Origin: Alphaproteobacteria bacterium CG_4_10_14_0_8_um_filter_37_21
GTDB lineage: Bacteria > Pseudomonadota > Alphaproteobacteria > Paracaedibacterales > UBA11393
Assembly: GCA_002791835.1 (NCBI GenBank)
Contig: PFNE01000032.1
Span: 33,646 to 97,645 of the forward strand
Length of the DNA stretch: 64,000 nt
Direction: 5' to 3'
Each line of letters starts with the position of its first letter. Within the stretch, counting starts at the first letter, position 1. The position numbers and the translations under genes were made by a program. The notes beneath the pieces were generated by a model, which saw nothing but the letters and a program-made list of their open reading frames with translations, did no database searches and was not told the origin of the DNA. This document shows positions 31,038 through 41,533 of this stretch, in pieces.

Positions 31038-31730
31038 ATGCATTTTAAAAAGTTCATACCAATTTTAAGCCTTATTCTAACTGCTGGTATTATATTTCAA
31101 ACAGGTTTATATCAATATCTTAGTTTTTCAATAGTGCAGGAAAATTATATTCCTATTAAAAATTTTATTGATCAAAATTGCATACTTGCATCTTTTCTTT
31201 ATATTTCTGTTTATATTGCAGTTGTTGCCCTCTCCCTTCCAGGGTCTGCATTTATGACCATTACTGGTGGTGTTTTATTTGGCCCAATTTTAGGTTTTGT
31301 CAATGCAATAACAGGCGCTGTGTCAGGATCTTTCATTCCATTTTTTAGCGCAAGATTCGCGTCACAAGATGTTTTAGAAAAGAAAACCGGCCCATGGGCA
31401 AAAAAAATGAAAAGGGGTTTTAATAATAACGCATTATCTTATTTGCTAACATTGCGTTTGATCCCGATTTTTCCTTTTGCAGCTATTAATTTAGTCGCAG
31501 CCTTAATGCAGTTACCATTTAAAACGTTTTTTATTGGCACTTTTATTGGCACAATACCTGCAACCATTATTTTTGTATCTATGGGCGTTGCCTTGCAAGA
31601 GGTTATCTTAACGACAGGTTTTTCGCGCGAGCTGTTCATGAACCCCAAAATCTGGGGAAGCCTTACAGGACTTGGTATACTTGCATTAATGCCTATTGCT
31701 TATAAAAAATTCATCCAAAAAACTGTTTAA
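31038..31730 (+). CDS. TVP38/TMEM64 (DedA-related, SNARE-associated) family membrane protein
   Basis: 230 aa and multi-TM. LSLPGSAFMTITGGVLFGPILG and LTLRLIPIFPFAAINLVAA are typical of the family. Confidence 0.75.
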   Translation: MHFKKFIPILSLILTAGIIFQTGLYQYLSFSIVQENYIPIKNFIDQNCILASFLYISVYIAVVALSLPGSAFMTITGGVLFGPILGFVNAITGAVSGSFIPFFSARFASQDVLEKKTGPWAKKMKRGFNNNALSYLLTLRLIPIFPFAAINLVAALMQLPFKTFFIGTFIGTIPATIIFVSMGVALQEVILTTGFSRELFMNPKIWGSLTGLGILALMPIAYKKFIQKTV

Positions 31731-31811
31731 TAAAGTCGGTTATAGAACTGCATAAAAACACTCTCTTTTATGATCATTACCGGTTTTTATGCTATGTTGA
31801 TAGAGTACATC

Positions 31812-32360
31812 ATGAATGAAAATAAAATTGATATGATAACCCACAAATTTATAGCTTTAGGAATTTTTTCTAGTCGTTGGCTTCAGGCCCCTTTGTATTT
31901 AGGGTTAATTGGCGCCCAAGGGTTTTATGTTTATCGTTTTATGCAAGACGTATTCCATTTATTTATGCATAAGGGCCTTGCCTGTGAAGAGGAAGTTATG
32001 CTTGCGGTGTTAAGTTTAATAGATATGGTGATGATTTCGAATCTATTAATTATGGTCATTGTTGGTGGGTATGAAACATTTGTTTCTAGGTTACGCTTGG
32101 ACGATCACCCAGATATTCCAGAGTGGCTGGATCATGTTAACGCGAATACAATGAAAATTAAACTGTCCATGGCGCTTGTTGGCATTTCCTCTATTCATTT
32201 ACTTAAAACGTTTATTGAAGTTAATAAAATGAGTAAGCACGCCATTATGTGGCAAGTTCTTATTCATATTACCTTTCTTCTTTCTTCCTTGGCTTTAGCC
32301 TACACTGCTAAAGTAACGGACGCTCTACACCGTCATGGGCTTCAAGAAAAGGACAGTTAA
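31812..32360 (+). CDS. yqhA: UPF0114 / YqhA family membrane protein
   Basis: IFSSRWLQAPLYLGLIGAQGFYVYRF matches the E. coli YqhA N-terminus (ASRWLLAPVYFGL). The start is uncertain (ATG 31812 chosen). Confidence 0.72.
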   Translation: MNENKIDMITHKFIALGIFSSRWLQAPLYLGLIGAQGFYVYRFMQDVFHLFMHKGLACEEEVMLAVLSLIDMVMISNLLIMVIVGGYETFVSRLRLDDHPDIPEWLDHVNANTMKIKLSMALVGISSIHLLKTFIEVNKMSKHAIMWQVLIHITFLLSSLALAYTAKVTDALHRHGLQEKDS

Positions 32361-32449
32361 CCGTTCATTTTCAACATATACTTGACTTTCATTTTTTTTT
32401 CTTATATATTCTGTGATTATTGCTATTATATTCTGTAAAAGGAAATACT

Positions 32450-33814
32450 ATGACTTTAAATAAAACATTAATTACTGTATTTTTTTGTAGTTTACAACTC
32501 ATTGCTTCCAATGATGGTGGAGAAAAAGAACAACCCACGCCAAATTTGTCTCGTTCAAGTACGCCTGAATCACCTACGTATAATGGTTCTTACGCTAGGC
32601 GCGCCTTAAATACTGTTTCTACCCCAATCAAAAAAACTGCTTCATTTCTGTTTGATGACCCTCAAAATCCCGCTCAAAAACCCAGAACCCCTGAAGAATT
32701 AAATGTCATGTTGGGGGGGGATTTGCTAAAAAATTTATTAAAGCAACCTTTACCCCAAGATTTGCAAAACTTTATTTTGCATCATCCTGATATTTTAACA
32801 GCTATTGCCGCATCAGCAAGTGCATACAAAGATACCCGTTCGGAAGAAGCGCATCCTGTTAATATATATTTAAATTCTCTAGGGTTTGTCATTGAAGTAC
32901 TTTCTGACAACCTAGTTTTACTAAAAAGGACAACTGCTGAGGGCGTTAAACAAGCTTGGTTTTCTGTTACTGGCACTGATTCTATTTCTGATGCCATTAC
33001 AAATATTGGAATTGGTACACACATGCATGCACGTGACTACCATAATTTTATAACATCTGTGTGGTCAGATCATGTGGCGCCAAAACTCTATTCAAAAAAT
33101 AGCTATTGCGCATCAGCATTCAATTATATTTCAAATTTACCGTTAAATTTATATCATATGGTAAATATCGCTTTTTTTACTGCGTCTATGTATGGTTTTT
33201 CTAAAACTGATCGTATACAAAATTTGTATGACACATATTTTGGCATGTTATGTTCCGCAGGCTTTATGATGAGTGCTGCTATTTATTGGAACATGACGCC
33301 GCATGCATTATATACACTACGTTACAAACCACATACAAATCGCTTGCTAGCGCGCATACGTATGCGCCGCAAAGAATTAGAAGCAGAAGGGTATACAGAT
33401 TTCTTTGTAACAGGGCATTCTGCAGGTGGGCATGGCGCACAGATTTTAGGGTTATTAACCGGAATGCGTTCATTTAGCTTTAACGCACCTGGCGGGGCAC
33501 TGCGGCATGCACTGTGGATCTATAAAAGCCTTGAAGATACAGATGGTATCAAAGAGCCTACAGAAGATGAATATAAAGAAAATGTATTGGCAGTTACCAC
33601 AAATAAGGACCCTGTTTCTGCTTTACAGCATGAGCAAGACCCTATTCAACCAACACAAATCGCCTTAAATGGGATTGATGGATTTATTGTCCTGCATAAA
33701 ATATTAACACTTTTTATGCAAGCACAGACACTACATGTTTTTTTGAAGACACTGGCACAACAAGTATTAGTTTTAGATAATGGGGCACCACCAGAATTAC
33801 CTAAAGCACAATAG
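32450..33814 (+). CDS. Exported class-3-lipase-like alpha/beta hydrolase
   Basis: Start taken at ATG 32450 (AAAGGAAA RBS). Signal-like MTLNKTLITVFFCSLQLIAS. Lipase_3-like elements occur in order: WFSVTGTDSISDA, nucleophile elbow FFVTGHSAGGHGA (33413-33430), SFSFNAPGG and TTNKDPVS. Confidence 0.6.
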   Translation: MTLNKTLITVFFCSLQLIASNDGGEKEQPTPNLSRSSTPESPTYNGSYARRALNTVSTPIKKTASFLFDDPQNPAQKPRTPEELNVMLGGDLLKNLLKQPLPQDLQNFILHHPDILTAIAASASAYKDTRSEEAHPVNIYLNSLGFVIEVLSDNLVLLKRTTAEGVKQAWFSVTGTDSISDAITNIGIGTHMHARDYHNFITSVWSDHVAPKLYSKNSYCASAFNYISNLPLNLYHMVNIAFFTASMYGFSKTDRIQNLYDTYFGMLCSAGFMMSAAIYWNMTPHALYTLRYKPHTNRLLARIRMRRKELEAEGYTDFFVTGHSAGGHGAQILGLLTGMRSFSFNAPGGALRHALWIYKSLEDTDGIKEPTEDEYKENVLAVTTNKDPVSALQHEQDPIQPTQIALNGIDGFIVLHKILTLFMQAQTLHVFLKTLAQQVLVLDNGAPPELPKAQ

Positions 33815-34048
33815 AAATATTCGTTTTTATTAACATCGCTAGGGGTATTGTGGCGTTAAGATAGCTAAAATTTAACATTTTATAACTTATGTACACAGTA
33901 TAAATATATATTACACGAAACAGGATTCAAACAATATGGTCAGTAAATAAATTAGTATTCATAACCATTTTATAAAAAATATGTTTAGACTTCTTTGATT
34001 TTTCATTGTATTTTGAAAGTATCTATTAATTAAAGTGATTTACTAACA

Positions 34049-36331
34049 ATGTCTGATTCTATTTATACGCGTTCTGTCGCGTACCATAACAAAAAACCCT
34101 ACGGTAAAATTGCCATTCAAATAACAAAGCCTATGTCTGACCAGCTTGATCTGAGCTTAGCTTATTCACCTGGTGTTGCACGACCGTGCGAACTGATTCA
34201 CGAAAATCCGCTAGAGGCTTACAATCTAACATCTAAGGGTAACTTAATTGCTGTTATCTCCAACGGGACGGCTGTTCTAGGGCTGGGCAATATTGGGGCG
34301 TTAGCCTCAAAACCTGTAATGGAAGGAAAAGCTGCCCTTTTTAAAAAATTTGCAGGTGTTGATAGTATTGATATTGAAATTGATGAAACAGATCCCGATA
34401 AATTAATAGAAATTATTGCCTCACTAGAACCATCTTTTGGTGGTATTAATTTAGAAGATATTAAGGCCCCTGAATGCTTTTATATTGAGGAAGAACTAAA
34501 AAAACGTATGAACATTCCAGTATTTCATGATGATCAGCATGGAACAGCTATTGTTGTGGCAGCAGGTATCGTCAATTCTTTAAAACTTGTTGATAAAAAA
34601 ATTGATGATGTGCGTGTTGTTTTTAATGGCGCTGGATCTGCTGCAATTGCATGCGCTAAATTATTACTTGAAATGGGCGTTAAACCAACAAATCTATTAA
34701 TGTGTGATCGTGAAGGTGTGATCCATTCAGATAGAACATTTAAAGAGGATGACGTTAAACGTCAATTTATCACAACTGGGCCACAGCGCACATTAAAAGA
34801 TGCTTTAACAAAAGCAGATATTTTTATCGGCTTATCCGCTGCAAAATCAATGAGCGCTGATATGGCAGAAGTGATGAATGATAAACCTATTATTTTTGCA
34901 CTAGCAAATCCAGAGCCTGAAATACATCCAGATATCGTTGCAAAAGTGCGGCCAGATGCCATTATGGCAACGGGCCGTTCTGATTTTCCAAATCAGATTA
35001 ATAATGCTGTTTGTTTTCCGTATTTATTTAGGGGCGCATTAGATGTAAATGCAAGCGCTATTAATGAAGAAATGAAAATTGCATGTGTTCATGCACTGGC
35101 AAAAATTGCACAATCAGAATCAACTGATGTTGTTGCCAATGCGTATGGAGGTGTCCACCACACATTTGGCACTGAATATATTATTCCAAAGCCCTTTGAT
35201 AAACGCTTGCATACAACGCTGCCGCTAGCAGTTGCAAAAGCGGCAATGGATTCAGGCGTTGCAAGACGCCCGATACTAGATTTTAAATCGTATGCGAAAG
35301 ATTTAGAAGAATTTGCCTATACGTCGGCACAAGTGATGCGCCCTGTTTTAGACATGATTGAAAAAAATCAAAAAAATATGCCACGCATTGCCTTTGCTGA
35401 AGGTGAAGAAAGCCGTGTTCTACAAGCTGTTCAAGACCTGGTTGATAAAAAAGCATGTCGCCCTATTTTAATTGGTCGCCCTGATATTATTCAAAAACGT
35501 ATTGAAAAAATATCTTTACGCTTAATACAAGGCCGTGACTTTGATGTTGTGAACCCAGCGCAAGATGCGCGTTTTGATCAGTATTGGCAAGCCTATCACA
35601 ATATAATGGAGCGCGCCGGCGTTACAGCAAGCGTTGCTAAAAATACACTGCGCACGAACTTTACAGTCATTGCTGCCATGATGGTTAAATTAAAAGACGC
35701 CGATGGTATGGTATGCGGCAGTATTGGCCAATACAACGGCCACAGTCTGCATGTTCAAAGTATATTAGGGCTAAAAAAAGATGTGCATCATTGCTCTACC
35801 CTTAGTGTTTTATCTTTGGATACGGGGCCATTATTTATTGCAGATCCATCAGTCGCCAAAACGCCAACGATAGAACATATGTTAGAAACGACAAGTCTTG
35901 CTATTGATTGTGTGAAACGTTTTCAAATACAACCAAAAGTCGCTTTCGTTTCAAGGTCTAACTTTGGCACACAAAATCATGATGGGGCACTTCTTATGCG
36001 AGAGGCTGCACGACAGGCAAAAAAACGTCATCCAGATATTCAGATCGATGGGGAAATGCATGCTGATGTTGCCTTAACGCCGCATTTGCGCCAAGCCATA
36101 ATGCCACATTCCACGTTAGAGGGTATGGCGAATGTATTGATGATGCCCAGTATTGATGCTGCCCATATTTCTTATACAATGATTAAAGCTTTAACCCAAA
36201 AAAATAGCATTGGACCCATTCTATTGGGTGTAAATGCGCCTGTTCATATTGCAAGCCATACTGTCACTGTACGTGGGCTGGTAAACCTTTCTATGTTAGC
36301 AATTGCGGAAGTAAGTGCTTTGAATGAATAG
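34049..36331 (+). CDS. maeB: NADP-dependent malic enzyme with a C-terminal PTA-like domain
   Basis: 760 aa. [39 protein letters not shown] and a phosphate-acetyltransferase-like C-terminal half. Confidence 0.93.
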   Translation: MSDSIYTRSVAYHNKKPYGKIAIQITKPMSDQLDLSLAYSPGVARPCELIHENPLEAYNLTSKGNLIAVISNGTAVLGLGNIGALASKPVMEGKAALFKKFAGVDSIDIEIDETDPDKLIEIIASLEPSFGGINLEDIKAPECFYIEEELKKRMNIPVFHDDQHGTAIVVAAGIVNSLKLVDKKIDDVRVVFNGAGSAAIACAKLLLEMGVKPTNLLMCDREGVIHSDRTFKEDDVKRQFITTGPQRTLKDALTKADIFIGLSAAKSMSADMAEVMNDKPIIFALANPEPEIHPDIVAKVRPDAIMATGRSDFPNQINNAVCFPYLFRGALDVNASAINEEMKIACVHALAKIAQSESTDVVANAYGGVHHTFGTEYIIPKPFDKRLHTTLPLAVAKAAMDSGVARRPILDFKSYAKDLEEFAYTSAQVMRPVLDMIEKNQKNMPRIAFAEGEESRVLQAVQDLVDKKACRPILIGRPDIIQKRIEKISLRLIQGRDFDVVNPAQDARFDQYWQAYHNIMERAGVTASVAKNTLRTNFTVIAAMMVKLKDADGMVCGSIGQYNGHSLHVQSILGLKKDVHHCSTLSVLSLDTGPLFIADPSVAKTPTIEHMLETTSLAIDCVKRFQIQPKVAFVSRSNFGTQNHDGALLMREAARQAKKRHPDIQIDGEMHADVALTPHLRQAIMPHSTLEGMANVLMMPSIDAAHISYTMIKALTQKNSIGPILLGVNAPVHIASHTVTVRGLVNLSMLAIAEVSALNE

Positions 36332-36341
36332 GGTATAAGTT

Positions 36342-36647
36342 ATGGTTGATTCTTTATCAGTTGAAACGTTATATAAAAACTTTGATGATTACTTAGTAAT
36401 CGACGTGCGCGAAAATGAAGAGTATTTATTAAAACATATCAAGGGTGCAATACTTTCACCCTTATCTGAACCTTTACGTTCTTTTAAAAATGATGGTAAA
36501 AAAATTGTTTTTATGTGCCGTTCTGGCAAGCGCAGCTTAATGGCGGCGCAAAAATATGTTCATCATAATTCCTTTGACACTGTTTATAATTTGACGGGTG
36601 GTATTCTTGCCTGGGGTACACAGGGCTACCCTGTTGTTGAAAAATAA
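36342..36647 (+). CDS. Rhodanese-domain sulfurtransferase
   Basis: 101 aa with the active-site loop MCRSGKRS. It starts 10 nt after maeB. Confidence 0.8.
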   Translation: MVDSLSVETLYKNFDDYLVIDVRENEEYLLKHIKGAILSPLSEPLRSFKNDGKKIVFMCRSGKRSLMAAQKYVHHNSFDTVYNLTGGILAWGTQGYPVVEK

Positions 36648-36675
36648 TTTTACAGAAATTACATGATGATTACAT

Positions 36676-36708
36676 AAAAAAACCTCTGTCTGCTTACCTG
36701 ACAGAGGT
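36676..36708 (-). terminator. Intrinsic terminator of the 36731..37741 gene
   Basis: Minus strand reads ACCTCTGTC, a 9-nt loop, GACAGAGGT, then TTTTTTT. The stem is a perfect 9 bp. Confidence 0.75.
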
Positions 36709-36730
36709 TCGTCCTGTGAAGTGCTTTAGT

Positions 36731-37741
36731 CTATTGTTGAAGTGGAATTTTTGTCATCATAAATTGAACAAAATCTTCACGTGTTGAAATTTGGGCCATT
36801 TGATCAAATTCAGCAAAAACAGACTGTTTTGGCATAGGAATACCCATTGTGTCACAGGCAGTTGCTAAAATCCATTCATTTACAGCACTAGACCCGCGTT
36901 TGTAAGGCATTGTCACAGCAAATTTATGGAAAAATTTAAATGCAGATTCAGGGGTGGGGGCGCAGAGAAGATCCTTAAATAAATCATATAATTCAGATAT
37001 AGCGGGACTATCTTTTGAAGCAGATCCATGCGTTTGCAATATTGCGTTCATATAGCTGTTACCATCAGAAGCATGGGTAATTGATAAACAAAATCGTCTT
37101 GATAACGCTTCTTCGCCTGATAAGGAGGTGCTATAAATAAAAAGTTTTGAGTTTTCAGGGAAATTTTGTTGCTGGTATTTTAATTTTTCTAAAATGATTT
37201 CACGTTCTATTCTAGTCCACCCCTTCTTATGAAGGAACTCATCTCTTTTCCCATTCGGGGCTTTAAGGTTCTTAATTATTTCTGACTGCTGTTCAGGGGA
37301 GAATGAAAAAATGAGATACATTGTTTCTAGTGCACCTGCTACAAAATCTCTCATAATTCCGTATGGGTGTAAGTCAGTGAAACTTGTTATGTCATCACGG
37401 ATGCAACCAAAGATATCCTTGTCTTCTGATTTGCATTTTTCTGCAATAGCCTGCCTCTTTTTTCCTAGATTTTCTAAAAATGTCCAAAACGAGATTTTAG
37501 TGAATTGACCGGGTATTTTTCTCCAGATATTAATTGACTTACCTAAACTGGCTATTACCTTTTGGCTTTCCACTTTATAAATATTTTTAGCATCTGGTAT
37601 ACCATGATAGTGGGGAATTTTATCTTCAGGAATTAACGCTGAAGACAGCGCATCATCTGATACTGGCAGTCGATTCGCATCCTCTGCAGCACATGCAATG
37701 CCTAGTGATAGTATAGAAAAAGTAATAATAATTTTTTTCAT
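36731..37741 (-). CDS. Hypothetical exported protein, no recognisable domain
   Basis: 336 aa. Clear signal peptide MKKIIITFSILSLGIACAAEDA. It has its own terminator and a long AT-rich upstream region. Confidence 0.55.
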   Translation of the reverse strand: MKKIIITFSILSLGIACAAEDANRLPVSDDALSSALIPEDKIPHYHGIPDAKNIYKVESQKVIASLGKSINIWRKIPGQFTKISFWTFLENLGKKRQAIAEKCKSEDKDIFGCIRDDITSFTDLHPYGIMRDFVAGALETMYLIFSFSPEQQSEIIKNLKAPNGKRDEFLHKKGWTRIEREIILEKLKYQQQNFPENSKLFIYSTSLSGEEALSRRFCLSITHASDGNSYMNAILQTHGSASKDSPAISELYDLFKDLLCAPTPESAFKFFHKFAVTMPYKRGSSAVNEWILATACDTMGIPMPKQSVFAEFDQMAQISTREDFVQFMMTKIPLQQ

Positions 37742-37947
37742 TTTTAATCCTTAAAAAAATATTAACTTTACAGAAAGCAATACAAACAACATTGTTTGTC
37801 AAATTTTTTAGCAATGAATATACGTTAATTTTTAGATGCAAAATCATTATTATTTCCTTGTGTTTTCACATCTAAATGGGGTATGAATGTAGGTAATAAG
37901 CTTTTATAAGCTGACTTTGTTTGTGATAAAGATATTGAATTAGTATA

Positions 37948-39201
37948 ATGATAAATTCTACAACGACAGGCCACATAACAGACACACAAACAAAGCCCGT
38001 AATCCCTTTATCTGTTTGGATGGTTGGCATGATGATGTTCATGGCATGCGCATCTTACGTTATGATTTATGCATATTGTGGTATTTTTTTAAAAAATGTT
38101 GCTGGTGTATCCCTTTCATGGATTGGCTTTTTAGAAGCTATGGCTGAAGCAGCTTCTTACCTTACTAAATTATTATCAGGTGTTATTAGCGACCAAATGA
38201 CGCGCAGAAAACCGCTTGTTGTTGCTGGCATTACACTAACTGTTATCAGTCGTTTGCTTCTAGCTATGTCGCCTACATTTGTTCTTATTACGTTAACGCG
38301 TATCATTGAACGCCTTGGAAATGGCATTCAATCCACACCGCGTGATGCCATGGTTGGGGATATTGCCCCCGCCTCCCGCAGGGGTGAATCGTATGGATTA
38401 AAACGCGCCTTGGCACAAGCTGGTAGTTTGTTTGGTGCATTTTTAGCCTACGCTGTTATGGTATATACAAATGATGATTACGCTAGCGTTTTTTACGTGG
38501 CTTGCATTCCATCGGTGATCTCACTTCTAATTTTAATTTTTTTCGTGCACGAAAAACGGGCACAAAAAATCTCTGCTGTGACAGCTGAAATTCCACTACC
38601 ACAGGTGAAACGCAAACATCCCATCCGTATGCAAAATTTACGACGCATGGGCCGTTCATATTGGATGTTAATGTTTGTAGCTGCTGTATTTTTCTTGGCA
38701 CGTTTTGGGGAAACCTTCATGACCCTTCATGCTAATGGTAGTTTTAAACTTGAACCACGTTATATTGCAATGGTTATGGTTGCCTACAACTTGGGGCACT
38801 GTTTGATAGCCTATCCAACCGGATATATTGCCGATCGCATGAACCGTTATTGGGTTTTGGCTATGGGCATATTAATGCTGATCTTATCTGACTTGTGCCT
38901 TGCAACTGCAACAGGATTAACAGCCTTTTTTATTGGTGCATTTTTGTGGGGGGTACAATTTGGTATTACACAAAACGTATTTACAACACTGATTGCAGAA
39001 ACTGTCCCTGAAGATTTGCGCGGCACAGGATTTGGTATGTTCTATATTATTTGTGCAGCAAGTGCATTTATAGCCGATACATTAGCAGGTCTTATTGGCG
39101 ACTATTATGGTATAGGTCAAGTTTATATTTATGGCTGTGTGATGGCGATTATTTCATTATTCTGCTTGATGTTTACGATGGGTTATCGCAAAAAAAAGTA
39201 A
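37948..39201 (+). CDS. MFS transporter
   Basis: 417 aa with about 12 TM. MFS loop motifs include SGVISDQMTRRKPLVVAG. Confidence 0.75.
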   Translation: MINSTTTGHITDTQTKPVIPLSVWMVGMMMFMACASYVMIYAYCGIFLKNVAGVSLSWIGFLEAMAEAASYLTKLLSGVISDQMTRRKPLVVAGITLTVISRLLLAMSPTFVLITLTRIIERLGNGIQSTPRDAMVGDIAPASRRGESYGLKRALAQAGSLFGAFLAYAVMVYTNDDYASVFYVACIPSVISLLILIFFVHEKRAQKISAVTAEIPLPQVKRKHPIRMQNLRRMGRSYWMLMFVAAVFFLARFGETFMTLHANGSFKLEPRYIAMVMVAYNLGHCLIAYPTGYIADRMNRYWVLAMGILMLILSDLCLATATGLTAFFIGAFLWGVQFGITQNVFTTLIAETVPEDLRGTGFGMFYIICAASAFIADTLAGLIGDYYGIGQVYIYGCVMAIISLFCLMFTMGYRKKK

Positions 39202-39225
39202 TTATTTTTTAAATTAGGTTGAATC

Positions 39226-40836
39226 ATGACACGTTATATTTTTATCACTGGTGGCGTTAGCTCTTCTCTTGGAAAAGGAATTGCTTCAGCGTCCCTTGGG
39301 GCATTACTTCAAGCGCGTGGCTATACCGTTAAACTTCGCAAATTAGATCCTTATTTAAACATTGATCCGGGTACAATGAACCCCTATCAACATGGGGAAG
39401 TTTTTGTAACAGAAGACGGCATGGAAACAGACTTAGATTTGGGGCACTATGAACGTTTTACAGATGTTAATTGTCTTTCAACTGATTATATAACCACAGG
39501 ACAAGTTTATTCTAATGTTTTGGCTAAAGAACGCAAAGGCGGTTACTTAGGGGCCACAGTGCAGGTTATCCCCCATATTACAGATGAAATTAAAAATTTT
39601 ATTACATCTAACACGGATGATGTTGATTTTATCTTATGCGAAATTGGTGGCACCGTCGGCGATATTGAAGGCCTGCCTTACTTAGAATCCATCCGTCAAA
39701 TTAGAAACGATCTTGGCCGCAAAGCAACTTGTTTTGTGCACTTAACCTTGATGCCCTATATCCCAACTGCATCAGAACTTAAAACAAAACCTACACAACA
39801 TTCTGTAAAAGAAATGTTAAGCTTGGGTATTCAGCCTGACTTATTATTATGCAGAAGCGACCGCCCCATTCCAGATGGTGCACTTCAAAAGATATCCTTA
39901 TTTTGTAATATTGAACGCAATAATGTCATCGCCGCTTTAGATGCAAAAGATATTTACGAAGTGCCATTACATTATCATCAAGAGGGTTTTGATCATCAGG
40001 TATGCGAATTTTTTAATTTAACACCACCAGAGCCAGATTTATCTCCCTGGTTAAAAAATCAGGCAGCCGCTAATGCGTCTTCAAAAAAAGAAATAAACAT
40101 CGGTATTGTTGGTAAATATGTAGCCCTACCAGATGCCTACAAATCTGTTGTAGAATCTATACAACATGCGGCACTTCATAACAATGCAAAAGCACATATT
40201 GTTTGGATTGATTCGGAAAATGATCAACATCTTAAAACAGAGCTTAAAGACCTTGATGCCATCATCGTGCCAGGTGGTTTTGGCTTCCGCGGTATTGATG
40301 GTAAGTTACAAGCCATTCGCTACGCGCGTGAAAATAATATACCATTTTTAGGTATTTGCTTTGGTATGCAGTTAGCCGTCATAGAAGCTGCACGTAATTT
40401 ATTGAATTTGAAAGATGCCTCATCAACAGAATTTGGTCCATGCCAGTCTCCTGTTGTTGGCATCATGACAGAATGGCTATCAAAAGATATGACAGAAAAA
40501 AGATCTGATGAATCAGATTTAGGTGGCACCATGCGCCTTGGTGCTTATCCATGCACCTTAGACGTAACGTCAAAAAGCTATGAAGCATATGGCACAAAAC
40601 ATATTACAGAACGCCATCGTCATCGTTATGAAGTGAATATGTCTTACAAGAATGATCTTGAAAAGGTAGGCCTAAAGTTTGTTGGACTCTCTCCAGATGC
40701 TACACTGCCAGAAATTGTAGAACATCAAAATCACCCGTGGTTTGTAGCAGCGCAGTTTCATCCTGAATTTAAATCACGCCCCTTTTTGCCGCACCCTTTA
40801 TTCAATGGATTACTAAAGGCTGCTCTTGCAAAATAA
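39226..40836 (+). CDS. pyrG: CTP synthase
   Basis: [19 protein letters not shown], a GATase domain with GICFGMQ, and HRHRYEVN. Confidence 0.97.
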   Translation: MTRYIFITGGVSSSLGKGIASASLGALLQARGYTVKLRKLDPYLNIDPGTMNPYQHGEVFVTEDGMETDLDLGHYERFTDVNCLSTDYITTGQVYSNVLAKERKGGYLGATVQVIPHITDEIKNFITSNTDDVDFILCEIGGTVGDIEGLPYLESIRQIRNDLGRKATCFVHLTLMPYIPTASELKTKPTQHSVKEMLSLGIQPDLLLCRSDRPIPDGALQKISLFCNIERNNVIAALDAKDIYEVPLHYHQEGFDHQVCEFFNLTPPEPDLSPWLKNQAAANASSKKEINIGIVGKYVALPDAYKSVVESIQHAALHNNAKAHIVWIDSENDQHLKTELKDLDAIIVPGGFGFRGIDGKLQAIRYARENNIPFLGICFGMQLAVIEAARNLLNLKDASSTEFGPCQSPVVGIMTEWLSKDMTEKRSDESDLGGTMRLGAYPCTLDVTSKSYEAYGTKHITERHRHRYEVNMSYKNDLEKVGLKFVGLSPDATLPEIVEHQNHPWFVAAQFHPEFKSRPFLPHPLFNGLLKAALAK

Positions 40837-40906
40837 ATATTGTTACCAGCTGAGGTGTTTTATAACGAATCTTTATCATTCTAGCACCCTAATTGCACAA
40901 TAGTGC

Positions 40907-40935
40907 TTGACGAAAATTCTTAAATTATTTAATCT
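40907..40935 (+). promoter_or_regulatory. Putative promoter of tRNA-Cys
   Basis: TTGACG (40907-40912), a 17-nt spacer, then TAATCT (40930-40935). The tRNA 5' end is 11 nt downstream. Confidence 0.35.
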
Positions 40936-40946
40936 AAACTCCAGGT

Positions 40947-41020
40947 GGCCGGTTGGCAGAATGGTTATGCAGAGGATTGCAAATCCTTTGATATCGGTTC
41001 GATTCCGGTACCGGCCTCCA
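40947..41020 (+). tRNA. tRNA-Cys (GCA)
   Basis: Hand-folded cloverleaf. Acceptor GGCCGGT/ACCGGCC; anticodon stem GAGGA/TCCTT with loop TTGCAAA; T-arm ATCGG-TTCGATT-CCGGT; encoded CCA. 74 nt. Confidence 0.88.
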
Positions 41021-41103
41021 TAATATATGTGTATTTATTTTAGTTTCTTTGTAGCAAAAGATAGTAGACTTGTTTATTAAAACAATGTACACTTAATCAA
41101 GAA

Positions 41104-41180
<77 letters not shown>

Positions 41181-41199
41181 CCTTACCAGGATTCTTTTT

Positions 41200-41505
41200 A
41201 TGACCTCAGTTATTATTTTTGAACATGAGACTGTCGTTAATCAATCTGCTTATGCTGTTAAAAATTTATGGCGGCTACAGTATATTAAAAATCAGGATCA
41301 AAGGCATATTGGCCCTATCGGCTGGATAGCAGATTGTGACACAAACCCCCAAGTTGATATTTCATTTGAAAGTCTAGAAAAAGCACTGTCATTTGCTGAA
41401 AAAAGTGGATATGTCGTTTTAGAAGTTCGTCACAGCCCTTTAAAAGAAGCACCTTCCCATAAAAGCTATGCCGACAACTTTAAAAACGGCAAAATAAGAT
41501 CATAA
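41200..41505 (+). CDS. NDUFS4-like 'ETC complex I subunit conserved region' protein
   Basis: Start moved to ATG 41200 because the ORF-track N-terminus overlaps tRNA-Pro. A C-terminal KSYADNF and an [13 protein letters not shown] segment match the alphaproteobacterial NDUFS4 homologue family. Confidence 0.72.
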   Translation: MTSVIIFEHETVVNQSAYAVKNLWRLQYIKNQDQRHIGPIGWIADCDTNPQVDISFESLEKALSFAEKSGYVVLEVRHSPLKEAPSHKSYADNFKNGKIRS

Positions 41506-41533
41506 TTTAACGTCAAATAACCCAGAGTAGCTC

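Noticed and set aside
37124-37132. FIYSTSL in the exported orphan 36731..37741 resembles the STS motif of R-S-E ADP-ribosyltransferase toxins
   Set aside because: I could not find a convincing upstream aromatic-Arg motif or a downstream (Q/E)xE ARTT motif at the expected spacings. A lone STS tripeptide is not significant.
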